IMG/VR virus record: IMGVR_UViG_3300016667_001185
Location: 1 to 32,371 of that record
Strand: one strand, 5' to 3'
Length of the DNA stretch: 32,371 bases
Source of the DNA: a virus
Lineage: Duplodnaviria; Caudoviricetes
Below, piece by piece: positions 17,206 through 26,286 of the stretch (the first letter of the stretch is position 1; every line of letters starts with the position of its first letter). A program made the translations under genes and the position numbers. The notes below the pieces were generated by a model that searched no databases, was not told where the DNA came from, and was given only the letters and a program-made list of their open reading frames with translations.

Positions 17206-18637
17206 CGAAAATAAAACTGGTTCTAAGTTAACTTTCGGTTCGTATGGTAAGTCTTTTCAAGAGAAAATCATGCAAGCTCTCTTGACAGATTCAAAGTTTG
17301 CCGAACAGATGATGGAAGTGTTCGATACGTCTTACTTTGAATTGAAGTATCTACAATTTCTAGCAGATCGATACTTCTCTTATTCTAAGAAATACAAAGT
17401 ATTTCCGACGTTGCAACTTCTTGTGACGATTATAAGAGAAGATCTGAAAGTAGGTACAGATGTGATCCTTCGAGATCAAATCATTGAATACCTCCAGCGA
17501 ATGAAGGCAAATCCAGATCCTGGCGATCTACAGTTTGTACGTGAAAAGTCCCTTGACTTTTGCAGGAAACAGGCTCTCAAAGCAGCGCTTGAAAATGCTG
17601 TTGATCAAATGGCTGCAGACAAATATGAATCTATCGTTGAGTCCATCAAGAAAGCAGTCCAGGTCGGAACAGCACCCTCTGTCGGCCACGACTTCTTTAA
17701 TGAGATGGATGCACGATTTACCCGTCTAAAAAGGGACACAATTCCGACAGGTGTTCCTGAGCTAGATAAAAAAGAGATTCTTCAAGGTGGTTCTGGTAAA
17801 GGAGAACTGTTATGTGTCGTCGGCGGCAGCGGATCAGGTAAGTCACACTGGCTCACTATGATTGGAGCAAATGCGCTGAAAGCAGGCAAGAACGTTCTTC
17901 ATTACACTTTTGAGTTGTCTGAAACAGCAGTCGGTATTCGTTACGATTCTAACCTTTGTGACATGGATTCTAATGACGTCATGGATCACAAAGATGAGAT
18001 TATAGAAAAATATAAGAACATGAATTTAGGTCGACTTTACATTAAAGAATATCCGACCAACACGGCCTCCATCTTCACGATTCGTTCACACATTGAGAGG
18101 TTGGATCTAAAAGGATTCAAACCTGATATTATCATCATTGATTATGCTGATATCATGAGGTCAACCCGTCAGTTCGACTCTCTTCGGCATGAACTAAAGC
18201 TTGTCTATGAGGAACTACGCGGGTTAGCTATGGAACTTGGCGTACCTATTTGGACGGCTTCACAATCCAATAAAGAAGGTGCCAATAGCGAGATCATTGA
18301 CATGACTAATATGTCAGAGGCTTATGGTAAGGCAATGATCTGCGACTTCATCATTTCAGTCTCACGCCGGGCCCATGAGAAGGCTTCAGGATGGGGTCGA
18401 CTCTTTGTCGCTAAGAACAGGGCAGGACGAGATGGTCTAGTTTTCCCCGCGAAGATAAATACTGCCCAAAGCAAGTTTGAGATTACTGGCGCGGCAGACG
18501 CGCCGAATGAAGTTGCAGCGACGGATGAAGCAGAACAGAAAAAAGCACTTAGAGCGAAGTGGAAAGAACTAAAGAATGAATTCAGTTCAAACTCATCAAA
18601 TAAAAATTCTTCTTCATTTGAAACTGTAACATCTTAA
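17195..18637 (+). CDS. DnaB/gp41-like replicative helicase
   Basis: GGSGSGKS, TFELSE, IIIDYADIM, WTASQSN, KNRAGRDG. Start at ATG 17195 (SD GGAG). Confidence 0.92.
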   Translation: MQDNENKTGSKLTFGSYGKSFQEKIMQALLTDSKFAEQMMEVFDTSYFELKYLQFLADRYFSYSKKYKVFPTLQLLVTIIREDLKVGTDVILRDQIIEYLQRMKANPDPGDLQFVREKSLDFCRKQALKAALENAVDQMAADKYESIVESIKKAVQVGTAPSVGHDFFNEMDARFTRLKRDTIPTGVPELDKKEILQGGSGKGELLCVVGGSGSGKSHWLTMIGANALKAGKNVLHYTFELSETAVGIRYDSNLCDMDSNDVMDHKDEIIEKYKNMNLGRLYIKEYPTNTASIFTIRSHIERLDLKGFKPDIIIIDYADIMRSTRQFDSLRHELKLVYEELRGLAMELGVPIWTASQSNKEGANSEIIDMTNMSEAYGKAMICDFIISVSRRAHEKASGWGRLFVAKNRAGRDGLVFPAKINTAQSKFEITGAADAPNEVAATDEAEQKKALRAKWKELKNEFSSNSSNKNSSSFETVTS

Positions 18638-18686
18638 TAAGTTTGAAGTATAGTTATGCACCTAAATTATGAGTGGAGACAAAACA

Positions 18687-21272
18687 ATGACTTACACGTA
18701 TAACGAAGCTTATGAAGCATCTTTGGCATATTTTAAGGGGGACGAACTCGCGGCTTCTGTTTTCGTTTCCAAGTATGCGTTACGTGATTCTGAAGGCAAT
18801 ATCTTGGAAAAAACCCCAACGGATATGCATCTTCGTCTCACTCGAGAATTTGCTCGTATTGAAGCGAAATACCCTAATCCGCTGTCTGAAAAAGAAATCT
18901 TTTGTCTTTTAGCTGACACAGATCATCTAGACGTGACAAAAAAGTCAACAATGACATTGGAACAACTGGCTGCAGAATCGCGCGGCGTAGGAGCAGTTGT
19001 TCCTCAAGGTTCTCCCATGTCAGCGATGGGTAATCCGTATAAGCTTCAATCATTGTCAAATTGTTTTGTCATTGATTCCCCTCAAGACTCTTACGGTGGA
19101 ATCCTGTTCACTGATCAAGAACAAGCTCAGATCATGAAGAGAAGAGGTGGCGTTGGATTCGACGTCTCAACAATTCGTCCCAAGGGTCTTGCTACAGCAA
19201 ATGCAGCTGGAACGACTGACGGCATCGGCGTCTTCATGGAGAGATTCTCCAACACATGTCGTGAGGTTGCTCAAGGTGGCCGCCGCGGAGCATTGATGCT
19301 TACGATCTCTGTGATGCATCCTGAGGTGGAGACATTCATCAACATCAAACGCGACCTAAAGAAGGTGACTGGTGCCAACATCTCAGTCCGTCTCACCGAT
19401 GAATTTATGAATGCCGTGAAGGATGATGCAGAATTTACCTTACGATGGCCAGTCGACACATCAGTCAAAGAAGCAAAGGTAACTAAGGTTGTCAAGGCTC
19501 GCGAGCTCTGGAATCAAGTCATTGATGCTGCTTGGACTTCAGCTGAACCAGGTCTTCTCTTCTGGGATACCGTAAAGAGAATGACGCCAACTGAGGCTTA
19601 TGCTTCAAAAGGTTATGCCAACGTTTCTACAAATCCTTGTGCAGAACTTATCCTTAGCCCATATGATTCCTGTCGCCTTCTTTTGATCAATCTAACGAAG
19701 TTTGTGAAGGATGCCTACCTTCCTTCCTCCTCATTTGATTTTGATAAATTCAAGAAGGTATCGGCAAAGGCACAAAAGTTGATGGACGATCTTGTCGATC
19801 TAGAGATTGAAGCCGTTGATTCTATTCTGAAGAAGATTCAATCTGATCCTGAGTCAGATAATGTAAAACGTCAAGAAATTGAGTTATGGCTTAAGATCAA
19901 GAAAGCTGCGAGTGGAGCCCGTCGCACCGGTCTTGGAATTACAGGTATTGGAGATGCTTTAGCTGCAATTGGTGTGACCTATGGTTCACAAGAGTCAGTA
20001 GAAAAAACTGAGGAAATTTACCAAACCTTAGCTCTTTCAGCGTATAGATCTTCCGTCGATATGGCAAGAGACAGAGGTCCTTTCCCTGTCTATGATTGGT
20101 CTTTGGAAACCAAGAGCCAATTTTTACAAAAAGTTATGGAAGCAGATGAATCATTGTTTACTGATTGGAAGAAGTATGGTCGCCGCAACATAGCATTGAC
20201 GACGACGGCGCCTGCAGGTTCTGTTTCATGCCTTACTCAGACGACAAGCGGTATTGAACCTGCATATCTTCTTTCTTACACACGTCGAAAGAAGATTAAT
20301 CCAAACGACACATCATCTAGGGTAGATTTTATTGATCAACTCGGCGATAAGTGGCAAGAATATAAGGTCTACCATCATGGCTTCAAAAAGTGGATGGATG
20401 CCACAGACAAAACAGACGAACAAATTGAAGAGTCGCCCTACTGGAAGGCAACAAGTAATGATGTTGATTGGACTATGTCTGTCAAACTTCAAGCCGCTGC
20501 TCAAAAATGGGTTTGTCATGCTATCTCCAAAACGTGTAACCTTCCCAATGACGTAACTCGTGAGGTTGTTGCCGATGTGTACATGGCTGCGTGGGAGGCA
20601 GGTTGCAAAGGTTTCACAGTATACCGCGATGGTTGCAGAACTGGTGTACTCGTCCAGGATCCTCCGAAAGAGACAAAAAAAGTTGAGCCTGATAGCCAAC
20701 CAGATACCATGATAGAAAATCACGCACCAAAACGTCCTAAGGAATTACCCTGCGATATTCATAGAATTAACGTAAAGGGATCTGAAGGTCAAGAATCATA
20801 CCTGGTGTTGGTCGGTAGGCTTGAAGGTAAGCCTTATGAGATCTTCTGCGGGTTATCACACCACGTTGAAGTCCCGAAAAAAGCAAAAACAGGAATTCTC
20901 ATCAAGAATGGTAAGAAGGACGGCGTCGCAACATACAACTTGCAGATTCCAGTTGGAGATGATGATTCTTTGATCTTTAAAGACATCGTTGAGTTATTTT
21001 CAAATCCGAATCATGGGGCATTCACAAGATCGCTTTCTCTTGCTTTACGCCACGGTGTACCAGTCCAATATGTCGTTGAACAGTTGCAAAAGGACAAATA
21101 TAGCGATATGCAGTCTTTTTCCAGGGTTTTAGCTCGTGTTTTAAAGGGGTACATTCCTGACGGAGCCAAAGCTACTTCTTCAGACAAGACATGCACACAA
21201 TGTTCATCTGATGCTCTAGTCTATAAAGAAGGATGCGTGACATGTTCGTCTTGCGGCTGGAGCAAATGTTGA
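18687..21272 (+). CDS. nrdJ: Class II (adenosylcobalamin-dependent) ribonucleotide reductase
   Basis: SNCFV, RRGGVGFD, QGGRRGALM, TNPCAEL, TTAPAGS, AISKTCN, GCKGFTVYRDG and a C-terminal Zn ribbon (C..C...EGCVTCSSCGWSKC). No nrdB nearby. ATG 18687 has SD GGAG. Confidence 0.9.
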   Translation: MTYTYNEAYEASLAYFKGDELAASVFVSKYALRDSEGNILEKTPTDMHLRLTREFARIEAKYPNPLSEKEIFCLLADTDHLDVTKKSTMTLEQLAAESRGVGAVVPQGSPMSAMGNPYKLQSLSNCFVIDSPQDSYGGILFTDQEQAQIMKRRGGVGFDVSTIRPKGLATANAAGTTDGIGVFMERFSNTCREVAQGGRRGALMLTISVMHPEVETFINIKRDLKKVTGANISVRLTDEFMNAVKDDAEFTLRWPVDTSVKEAKVTKVVKARELWNQVIDAAWTSAEPGLLFWDTVKRMTPTEAYASKGYANVSTNPCAELILSPYDSCRLLLINLTKFVKDAYLPSSSFDFDKFKKVSAKAQKLMDDLVDLEIEAVDSILKKIQSDPESDNVKRQEIELWLKIKKAASGARRTGLGITGIGDALAAIGVTYGSQESVEKTEEIYQTLALSAYRSSVDMARDRGPFPVYDWSLETKSQFLQKVMEADESLFTDWKKYGRRNIALTTTAPAGSVSCLTQTTSGIEPAYLLSYTRRKKINPNDTSSRVDFIDQLGDKWQEYKVYHHGFKKWMDATDKTDEQIEESPYWKATSNDVDWTMSVKLQAAAQKWVCHAISKTCNLPNDVTREVVADVYMAAWEAGCKGFTVYRDGCRTGVLVQDPPKETKKVEPDSQPDTMIENHAPKRPKELPCDIHRINVKGSEGQESYLVLVGRLEGKPYEIFCGLSHHVEVPKKAKTGILIKNGKKDGVATYNLQIPVGDDDSLIFKDIVELFSNPNHGAFTRSLSLALRHGVPVQYVVEQLQKDKYSDMQSFSRVLARVLKGYIPDGAKATSSDKTCTQCSSDALVYKEGCVTCSSCGWSKC

Positions 21273-21282
21273 GATTAAGCCT

Positions 21283-21546
21283 ATGAAATTAAATGTTAAA
21301 GATCTTAGAAAGATAGTCAAAGAAGAATATTCAAGAGCTATTCCTGAATTTGTTGTCAGACAAACCGTCGAATCTTGTGTGGAAGATTTGAAACGAGCGA
21401 TGGTCAATCACATTAACTCTAAGTCTAACTCTCAGCAGAGTAGACAGAAAATGATCGCAAGAATGAACTTAAATCTTGAAGAGCTAGAAAAAGATTTAAA
21501 AGAGCTAATTGACGAAAAAATTTCAAAATTCTTTTCTGAGATCTAA
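21283..21546 (+). CDS. Hypothetical coiled-coil protein with the shared N-terminal tag
   Basis: Begins MKLNVKDLRKIVKEEY. Confidence 0.8.
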   Translation: MKLNVKDLRKIVKEEYSRAIPEFVVRQTVESCVEDLKRAMVNHINSKSNSQQSRQKMIARMNLNLEELEKDLKELIDEKISKFFSEI

Positions 21547-21547
21547 T

Positions 21548-22207
21548 ATGCCTGCAAATGAAAATAAAGTAGAGTTATTGGGGATATACGGATCAGATGA
21601 ATCCCATGCGTTATCTGCGTGGACGTCTACCTCTCGTGAGCTGAACGAAGAAAAGAAAAACAGAATACCTCATCTTCTCAAGATGCTAGCTGATAATGAG
21701 CATCATTCTGTTTTTGAGAAATCAAGCTTACATTTTCTCGTCACGTCGGACATAGCATCTCACGTGCATTTACTGAAACATCGTATAGGCGTTTCTATAA
21801 ATGCAGAATCTGCCAGATATAAGGAGTTGAAAGACGACAAGTATCACGTTCCAGTTGATTGGGACGGCGAAGAAATAGTCGCTTACACCGAACACATGGA
21901 AGATTCAATAAGAAAATATCATGAAACTCTTGAACGTCTCGTAAAAAAAGGAATGTCGAGAAAACGTGCGAAAGAATCAGCTAGGTTGTACCTTCCATAT
22001 GGTAATCAAATTACTGCTGATGTGATGTTCAATTTCAGAAGCTTCTATCACTTTCTTCACCTCCGCTACTCTGAACATGCTCAACTAGAAATAAGGAATA
22101 TTGCAAAACGGATGTTGGAACTTGTTGTAAGCTCTAATGCGTTTCCTGCAACTCTTGAGGCGTTTGGTCTCATCGTTAACAATGAGATTAGAAAGCCATT
22201 TTCATGA
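21548..22207 (+). CDS. thyX: FAD-dependent thymidylate synthase
   Basis: HHSVFE, KHRIGVSINAESARY (variant of the RHRx7-8S motif), ARLYLP, NFRSF..FL.LR...HAQLEIR. Confidence 0.9.
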   Translation: MPANENKVELLGIYGSDESHALSAWTSTSRELNEEKKNRIPHLLKMLADNEHHSVFEKSSLHFLVTSDIASHVHLLKHRIGVSINAESARYKELKDDKYHVPVDWDGEEIVAYTEHMEDSIRKYHETLERLVKKGMSRKRAKESARLYLPYGNQITADVMFNFRSFYHFLHLRYSEHAQLEIRNIAKRMLELVVSSNAFPATLEAFGLIVNNEIRKPFS

Positions 22208-22746
22208 GTAAAAATGCAAATCTACCGTTTCATTTCTACGTGAATGTAGATAATAAATTTTTAGGACCACAGATGCCACTTGGATTTACCAAGGGTATTT
22301 GGCATGCTGTTTATAGCAGAGAGTATCAGACTTTACTATGTCACGTTTTTCTAGAGTCTGGTGCTCATTGGAGTGGTCTTCCACTTCACGCCATGTCTAC
22401 GAAAGAAGATTGGACTTTTACGAGAGAGCAATTGATGCCATGGACTTCTATGGGAGATCACATAGAAGCTTTTCATTCAAAATATCTTGAAGGTCTTGAA
22501 TGCGAAGTTTTTAAACCATTCGTGTCAAATGGTCGTCATACAGGCGTAATAATTGATTGGGAAGATGGATATTCTAGATATCCATCTGAACATAAACCTT
22601 TGAGTTTGATAGAATTACAAAACGGCCAGTTTTCATTGCTTCCAAATAACTTTTTATTATTCAAAGATAAACACTTTACTGAGATTTCAGCTCAAGAAAA
22701 TTTGAAGTTATATCGCCGTGGCGAAACCGTGTATTGGGAAAAGTAA
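22204..22746 (+). CDS. Phage hypothetical protein
   Basis: 180 aa, overlapping thyX (ATGA) and tmk (TAATG). Motifs LESGAHWSGLP and EHK...L.NGQF.LLPNN. Confidence 0.8.
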   Translation: MSKNANLPFHFYVNVDNKFLGPQMPLGFTKGIWHAVYSREYQTLLCHVFLESGAHWSGLPLHAMSTKEDWTFTREQLMPWTSMGDHIEAFHSKYLEGLECEVFKPFVSNGRHTGVIIDWEDGYSRYPSEHKPLSLIELQNGQFSLLPNNFLLFKDKHFTEISAQENLKLYRRGETVYWEK

Positions 22747-23327
22747 TGTCTAAAATAATAGTGATTGAAGGTCCTGATAGAGTTGGAAAAGCGACTCAAA
22801 CCAATTTTCTTGCAAATTTTTTATCGTGGAGAGGATTTAAAGTTTTAACGATTGAAGTCCCAATTCGCACGAATCTAGTTTATCACATCATTTATTGGAT
22901 GCTGAAGAATGGATTGGCAAAAAAATTTCCGAAATGTTTTCAATGGTTGCAATACTTTAACAGACAATTGTTCCAATGGTTTACGTTAAAGAAATTAGAA
23001 AAAGAGTATGATTATATTATCATGGATCGCTGGAGTTTATCAACTGTCGTATACGGTAAAGCTACAGGAGTTCCAACAAATTTTACTGAGAAATTACATT
23101 CTAGATTAAGAACACCTGAATTTACTTTTTTGTTGCTAGGGCCTTCTCATAAACACTCCGCTGAAGACGTATACGAGTCAGACACTGCTCTTCAAGAAAG
23201 TGTAAGAAAAATTTATCTAGAATGGTCTAAACAACATCCTCATTCTTGTAAAGTAATTGATTGTACTCAACCTAGAGAAATTATTGCTGAAGAAATTAGA
23301 ACAAAACTGAATGAACTAAATCTTTGA
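22746..23327 (+). CDS. tmk: Thymidylate (dTMP) kinase
   Basis: IVIEGPDRVGKATQ P-loop, IMDRWSLST.VYG, YE in the lid region. Confidence 0.88.
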   Translation: MSKIIVIEGPDRVGKATQTNFLANFLSWRGFKVLTIEVPIRTNLVYHIIYWMLKNGLAKKFPKCFQWLQYFNRQLFQWFTLKKLEKEYDYIIMDRWSLSTVVYGKATGVPTNFTEKLHSRLRTPEFTFLLLGPSHKHSAEDVYESDTALQESVRKIYLEWSKQHPHSCKVIDCTQPREIIAEEIRTKLNELNL

Positions 23328-23380
23328 CGGATGATGTACTTCTAAAGAAGTTGATTTAAATTTGCTTTGAGAGGTGATAT

Positions 23381-23638
23381 ATGAGCTACAAAATTTCAGA
23401 TTCAGTTGCTATGAGAATGATCCAAATATTTCAAGAAGCTCTCTTGCTAGGAGTAGATGGAGCAGATCTAATGCGCCAAGTTAGACTAGTCGTCGATTCT
23501 ACTAATCCTGATACCGTCACGCTAGATCCGCAGTACGAATCTCAAGTTGCTGAAATGCACCAAAAATACCTTAACGAAGCAGAAAAAATCAAAGCAAAAC
23601 AATCGACGGATGGAGAGGCTTTGGTTTTTGAAAGCTGA
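23381..23638 (+). CDS. Hypothetical protein
   Basis: 85 aa with a strong SD, GAGGTG. Confidence 0.8.
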   Translation: MSYKISDSVAMRMIQIFQEALLLGVDGADLMRQVRLVVDSTNPDTVTLDPQYESQVAEMHQKYLNEAEKIKAKQSTDGEALVFES

Positions 23639-23729
23639 CATAGGATTTTGGATTTCTATAATCATCGCAATATTCGTTGTGGGTTTTAAATTTTTAGCTG
23701 TTGATAATGATGGAGAAGGAAATGGTTGA
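23628..23729 (+). CDS. Putative 33-aa single-pass membrane microprotein
   Basis: TTG start 9 nt after GGAGAGG. Sequence MKADIGFWISIIIAIFVVGFKFLAVDNDGEGNG bridges the gap between its neighbours. Confidence 0.5.
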   Translation: MKADIGFWISIIIAIFVVGFKFLAVDNDGEGNG

Positions 23730-24090
23730 TAGATTTTTTGACATGTGGCAACAACAGCAACAGTTTATGGATCTACTGAAAGAAAAAAGAGATTTCCCCA
23801 GTTATCCAGTCAATGCCAACACGAAATCAGGACAAAAAATCTTAAAAAACATTACCCATGAATGCATGCATGAGTTGTTTGAGGCAAACCTTCTTTTAAA
23901 GAATTCCAAAGACCATCGTATAACCGATCTAAAAGAATTTGATAGAGAAAGTTATGTTGAAGAACTTTGCGATGCATTGCATTACTTTTTTGAAATAGCT
24001 ATATTAAGCGGAATTTCACCTGATGAGCTTTACGATTCTTATATGAAAAAAGGCAAAATAAACGTAGAAAGAGTAGAAAAAGGATATTAA
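23722..24090 (+). CDS. All-alpha NTP pyrophosphatase (dimeric dUTPase/MazG-like)
   Basis: HELFEA (ExxE) ... EELCDALHYF (EExxD) and C-terminal Y..K..IN.ER...GY. Confidence 0.8.
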   Translation: MVDRFFDMWQQQQQFMDLLKEKRDFPSYPVNANTKSGQKILKNITHECMHELFEANLLLKNSKDHRITDLKEFDRESYVEELCDALHYFFEIAILSGISPDELYDSYMKKGKINVERVEKGY

Positions 24091-24180
24091 AAATAAAAAA
24101 GCCTTTTCAACTTAAAAGCAGTGTTTATCATAACACCAACAACGGCATAGCATAAAGCCGTTTCGACAAGGAGAATAATC

Positions 24181-24525
24181 ATGTTGACTTGGTACTATGA
24201 TACACCCCGCAGCTATCGTCTTGATCTATTCGATATTTTCGATGATTTTGCAAAAAAACCCAAATCAAAAGATCATGTTGATGAATCTGGTATTAAAATA
24301 GAAATGCCAGGAGTTACTTCTGCTGACCTAGAAGTGACAGTAGAAGGAAAGATACTAAAGGTCAAAGGAAAATCTAGACACGGAAAAGAATATTCTTATT
24401 CTTACTCGTTAAATTCAACAGTTGATGAATCCAAAATAACAGCTTCTTTAAAGGACGGATTGTTAGAATTGACGCTTCCAAAGCGTCAAGATAATTCAGC
24501 TAGAAAAATCCAAGTAGAATCTTAG
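24181..24525 (+). CDS. Hsp20 / alpha-crystallin small heat-shock protein
   Basis: EMPGV...LEVTVEGKILKVKG...VDESKITASLKDGLLELTLPK...RKIQV; SD AAGGAG. Confidence 0.92.
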   Translation: MLTWYYDTPRSYRLDLFDIFDDFAKKPKSKDHVDESGIKIEMPGVTSADLEVTVEGKILKVKGKSRHGKEYSYSYSLNSTVDESKITASLKDGLLELTLPKRQDNSARKIQVES

Positions 24526-24542
24526 ATCAATTTGTAACAGAC

Positions 24543-24582
24543 ATGCAGCCAGAAAAGAATATTTTCTGGCTGCATTTTTTTT
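24543..24582 (+). terminator. Rho-independent terminator
   Basis: 14-bp stem ATGCAGCCAGAAAA/TTTTCTGGCTGCAT followed by a T-run. Confidence 0.9.
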
Positions 24583-24599
24583 AGACAATTTGATATTAA

Positions 24600-24606
24600 A
24601 TAATTA
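24600..24606 (+). promoter_or_regulatory. Putative late-promoter heptamer ATAATTA
   Basis: Lies just after a terminator and before SD AAGGA / ATG 24633, where a new promoter is required. Confidence 0.4.
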
Positions 24607-24632
24607 ATTACTAGTAGCACACAAGGAAATTT

Positions 24633-25142
24633 ATGAAACTTACAAAAAACCAGCTTCAGAACATCATTAAAGAAGAATATCTGAGAATCACGCCTGTAAA
24701 AAAAGGCGAAATAATGTCGGAAGCTCGTGCAAATTATCTAGCTGAGCAAGTTTTAGAAGAAGGTCTTTGGGACTCTATCAAGGCTGGCTGGGCAGCCTTT
24801 AAAGGAGCAGCAGCAGGTGGTGGATCAAAGCTGGGAGATGATGCAGCCAAGCTACTAGGTCCAGTCATTCAACAAGTTCAAGCTGTTACTCAAGCCGCCG
24901 CAAAGGCATCAGCTGATGTTCAAAGTTTCATTGGGTCTATCAAAGATGCAGCTGTGAAGAAAGCAGTAGAAGAAGCTAGAAAATCTTTTGAAGATTCTTT
25001 AAAAGGATCCATCAGTTCTGCTCTTTCAGATGGCATCAAAAATCTTCAGTCTGCAGGTATGTCAGAAGAAGAGGCAAAAACCCTTGCATCAACAATCCTA
25101 TCAGCAGAGTTAGCTAATCTTGCTGGTAAGGGCGGTAAGTGA
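24633..25142 (+). CDS. Hypothetical Ala-rich helical protein with the shared N-terminal tag
   Basis: Begins MKLTKNQLQNIIKEEY; VLEE-GLWDSIK candidate cleavage site. Confidence 0.85.
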   Translation: MKLTKNQLQNIIKEEYLRITPVKKGEIMSEARANYLAEQVLEEGLWDSIKAGWAAFKGAAAGGGSKLGDDAAKLLGPVIQQVQAVTQAAAKASADVQSFIGSIKDAAVKKAVEEARKSFEDSLKGSISSALSDGIKNLQSAGMSEEEAKTLASTILSAELANLAGKGGK

Positions 25143-25171
25143 TTATTTAACTTTTTTAATTAACTCTCTTG

Positions 25172-25200
25172 AAGGCCATCGTTCAGATGGCCTTTAATTT
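25172..25200 (+). terminator. Probable intrinsic terminator
   Basis: AAGGCCATC-GTTCA-GATGGCCTT followed by TAATTT. Confidence 0.7.
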
Positions 25201-25220
25201 ATCAAAACAATGAATTAATC

Positions 25221-25811
25221 ATGAATCGAATAGAAGAAAAAGAAGTTAATCCGAACTATCTTAAAGGTTTGTCAAGTTCTGATGCCGCCACACGTAAAAA
25301 AGAAATTGAACGTGGTTCAGAGACAGACTCTGATGATCCTTCTGCCTATAAAGATTCTAGATTTAAAACAGATTTTACGCCAAGTGGCGAGCGTAAAAAG
25401 ACGAAAAAATCTACGCATACTAAAAAATTCGAAAAGATGTTTGGAGAAGGTTGGGAAGATCTTGAAGCGTTATTAGAAGAAGATTCGACGGAAGCAGATG
25501 TCGATTTAGATCTTATTAGAGAATTTGTCGAAGAAGTTTTGAATGAAAAGAAATCTAACGTCACAAAAGCCTTAAAAAATAAGGCGGAAAAAACAGGAGC
25601 ACCTGTGAGCGCCCTTAGAGCCATTTACAATAAAGGGTTAGCTGCATGGAGAACAGGTCACAGACCAGGAGCATCTGCGCATCAGTGGGCTATGGCAAGA
25701 GTAAATTCTGTTTTAACAGGTGGTCCCGCTAGAAAAGTTGACGATACGCAATGGCAACAAATAAAAAAGCATAGAGGAAAAAAGAAAAAATCTAAAAAGA
25801 AAAAGTCTTAA
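25221..25811 (+). CDS. Basic viral protein (DUF5824-like), probably DNA-binding
   Basis: KAEKTG.P..ALRAIYNKGLAAWRTGHRPGASAHQWAMARVNS resembles a family I recall from large DNA viruses (name unverified). Acidic middle segment and poly-Lys tail. Confidence 0.65.
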   Translation: MNRIEEKEVNPNYLKGLSSSDAATRKKEIERGSETDSDDPSAYKDSRFKTDFTPSGERKKTKKSTHTKKFEKMFGEGWEDLEALLEEDSTEADVDLDLIREFVEEVLNEKKSNVTKALKNKAEKTGAPVSALRAIYNKGLAAWRTGHRPGASAHQWAMARVNSVLTGGPARKVDDTQWQQIKKHRGKKKKSKKKKS

Positions 25812-25820
25812 TTTCTTTAA

Positions 25821-25850
25821 TTGAATTTTTCTTAAACTGTATTGTATAAT
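25821..25850 (+). promoter_or_regulatory. Sigma70-like promoter, predicted leaderless transcript
   Basis: TTGAAT-18-TATAAT-7-ATG(25858); no SD. Confidence 0.7.
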
Positions 25851-25857
25851 CTATTGC

Positions 25858-26286
25858 ATGTCACCTGAAAAAGATCTATTACTTCGTCAAAGATATCCTA
25901 AGATTTTTAAGTCTTCGATACACAATGATGAACCCTTAAGCATGTGGGGTTTTGAATGCGATGATGGATGGTTTGAGTTGATTGATACGCTTTGCAACAA
26001 GATTCAATCTCACGTTGATTGGCGATCGAAGAACATTCAAGACGTAGAAGAGCTTGAAAATCTTCAGGTCATTGCAGAACAAATCAAAGAAAAGTTTGGC
26101 GGACTTCGTTTTTACGTCGCAGGGGGGGACGATATCACTGAGGCCTTTATTTCTTTCGCTGAGACAATGTCATACAAAATTTGTGAGACATGTGGTCAAC
26201 CTGGAAAGCAACAAGACGACAGAGGCTGGATACATACTGCCTGCGATCCATGCTTTGAGAAGAGAGCACGGAGAACAACAACATGA
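25858..26286 (+). CDS. Phage hypothetical protein with C-terminal Zn finger
   Basis: GFECDDGW..LI, QIKEKFGGLRFY, ICETCGQPG...GWIHTACDPC. Confidence 0.8.
   Translation: MSPEKDLLLRQRYPKIFKSSIHNDEPLSMWGFECDDGWFELIDTLCNKIQSHVDWRSKNIQDVEELENLQVIAEQIKEKFGGLRFYVAGGDDITEAFISFAETMSYKICETCGQPGKQQDDRGWIHTACDPCFEKRARRTTT

Noticed and set aside
14605-21272. Inteins or introns in RecA, the helicase or RNR
   Set aside because: Lengths are normal, motifs are contiguous, and there are no intein-end or LAGLIDADG signatures.
21267-21278. NrdJ ends TGT TGA GAT TAA, a possible selenocysteine readthrough
   Set aside because: CGWSKC is a normal NrdJ terminus and no SECIS-like hairpin is evident.
11065-24090. Z-genome (DpoZ/DatZ/MazZ/PurZ) system
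   Set aside because: No PurZ in the window, and the HD protein has YhaM-type motifs. It cannot be supported from this sequence.
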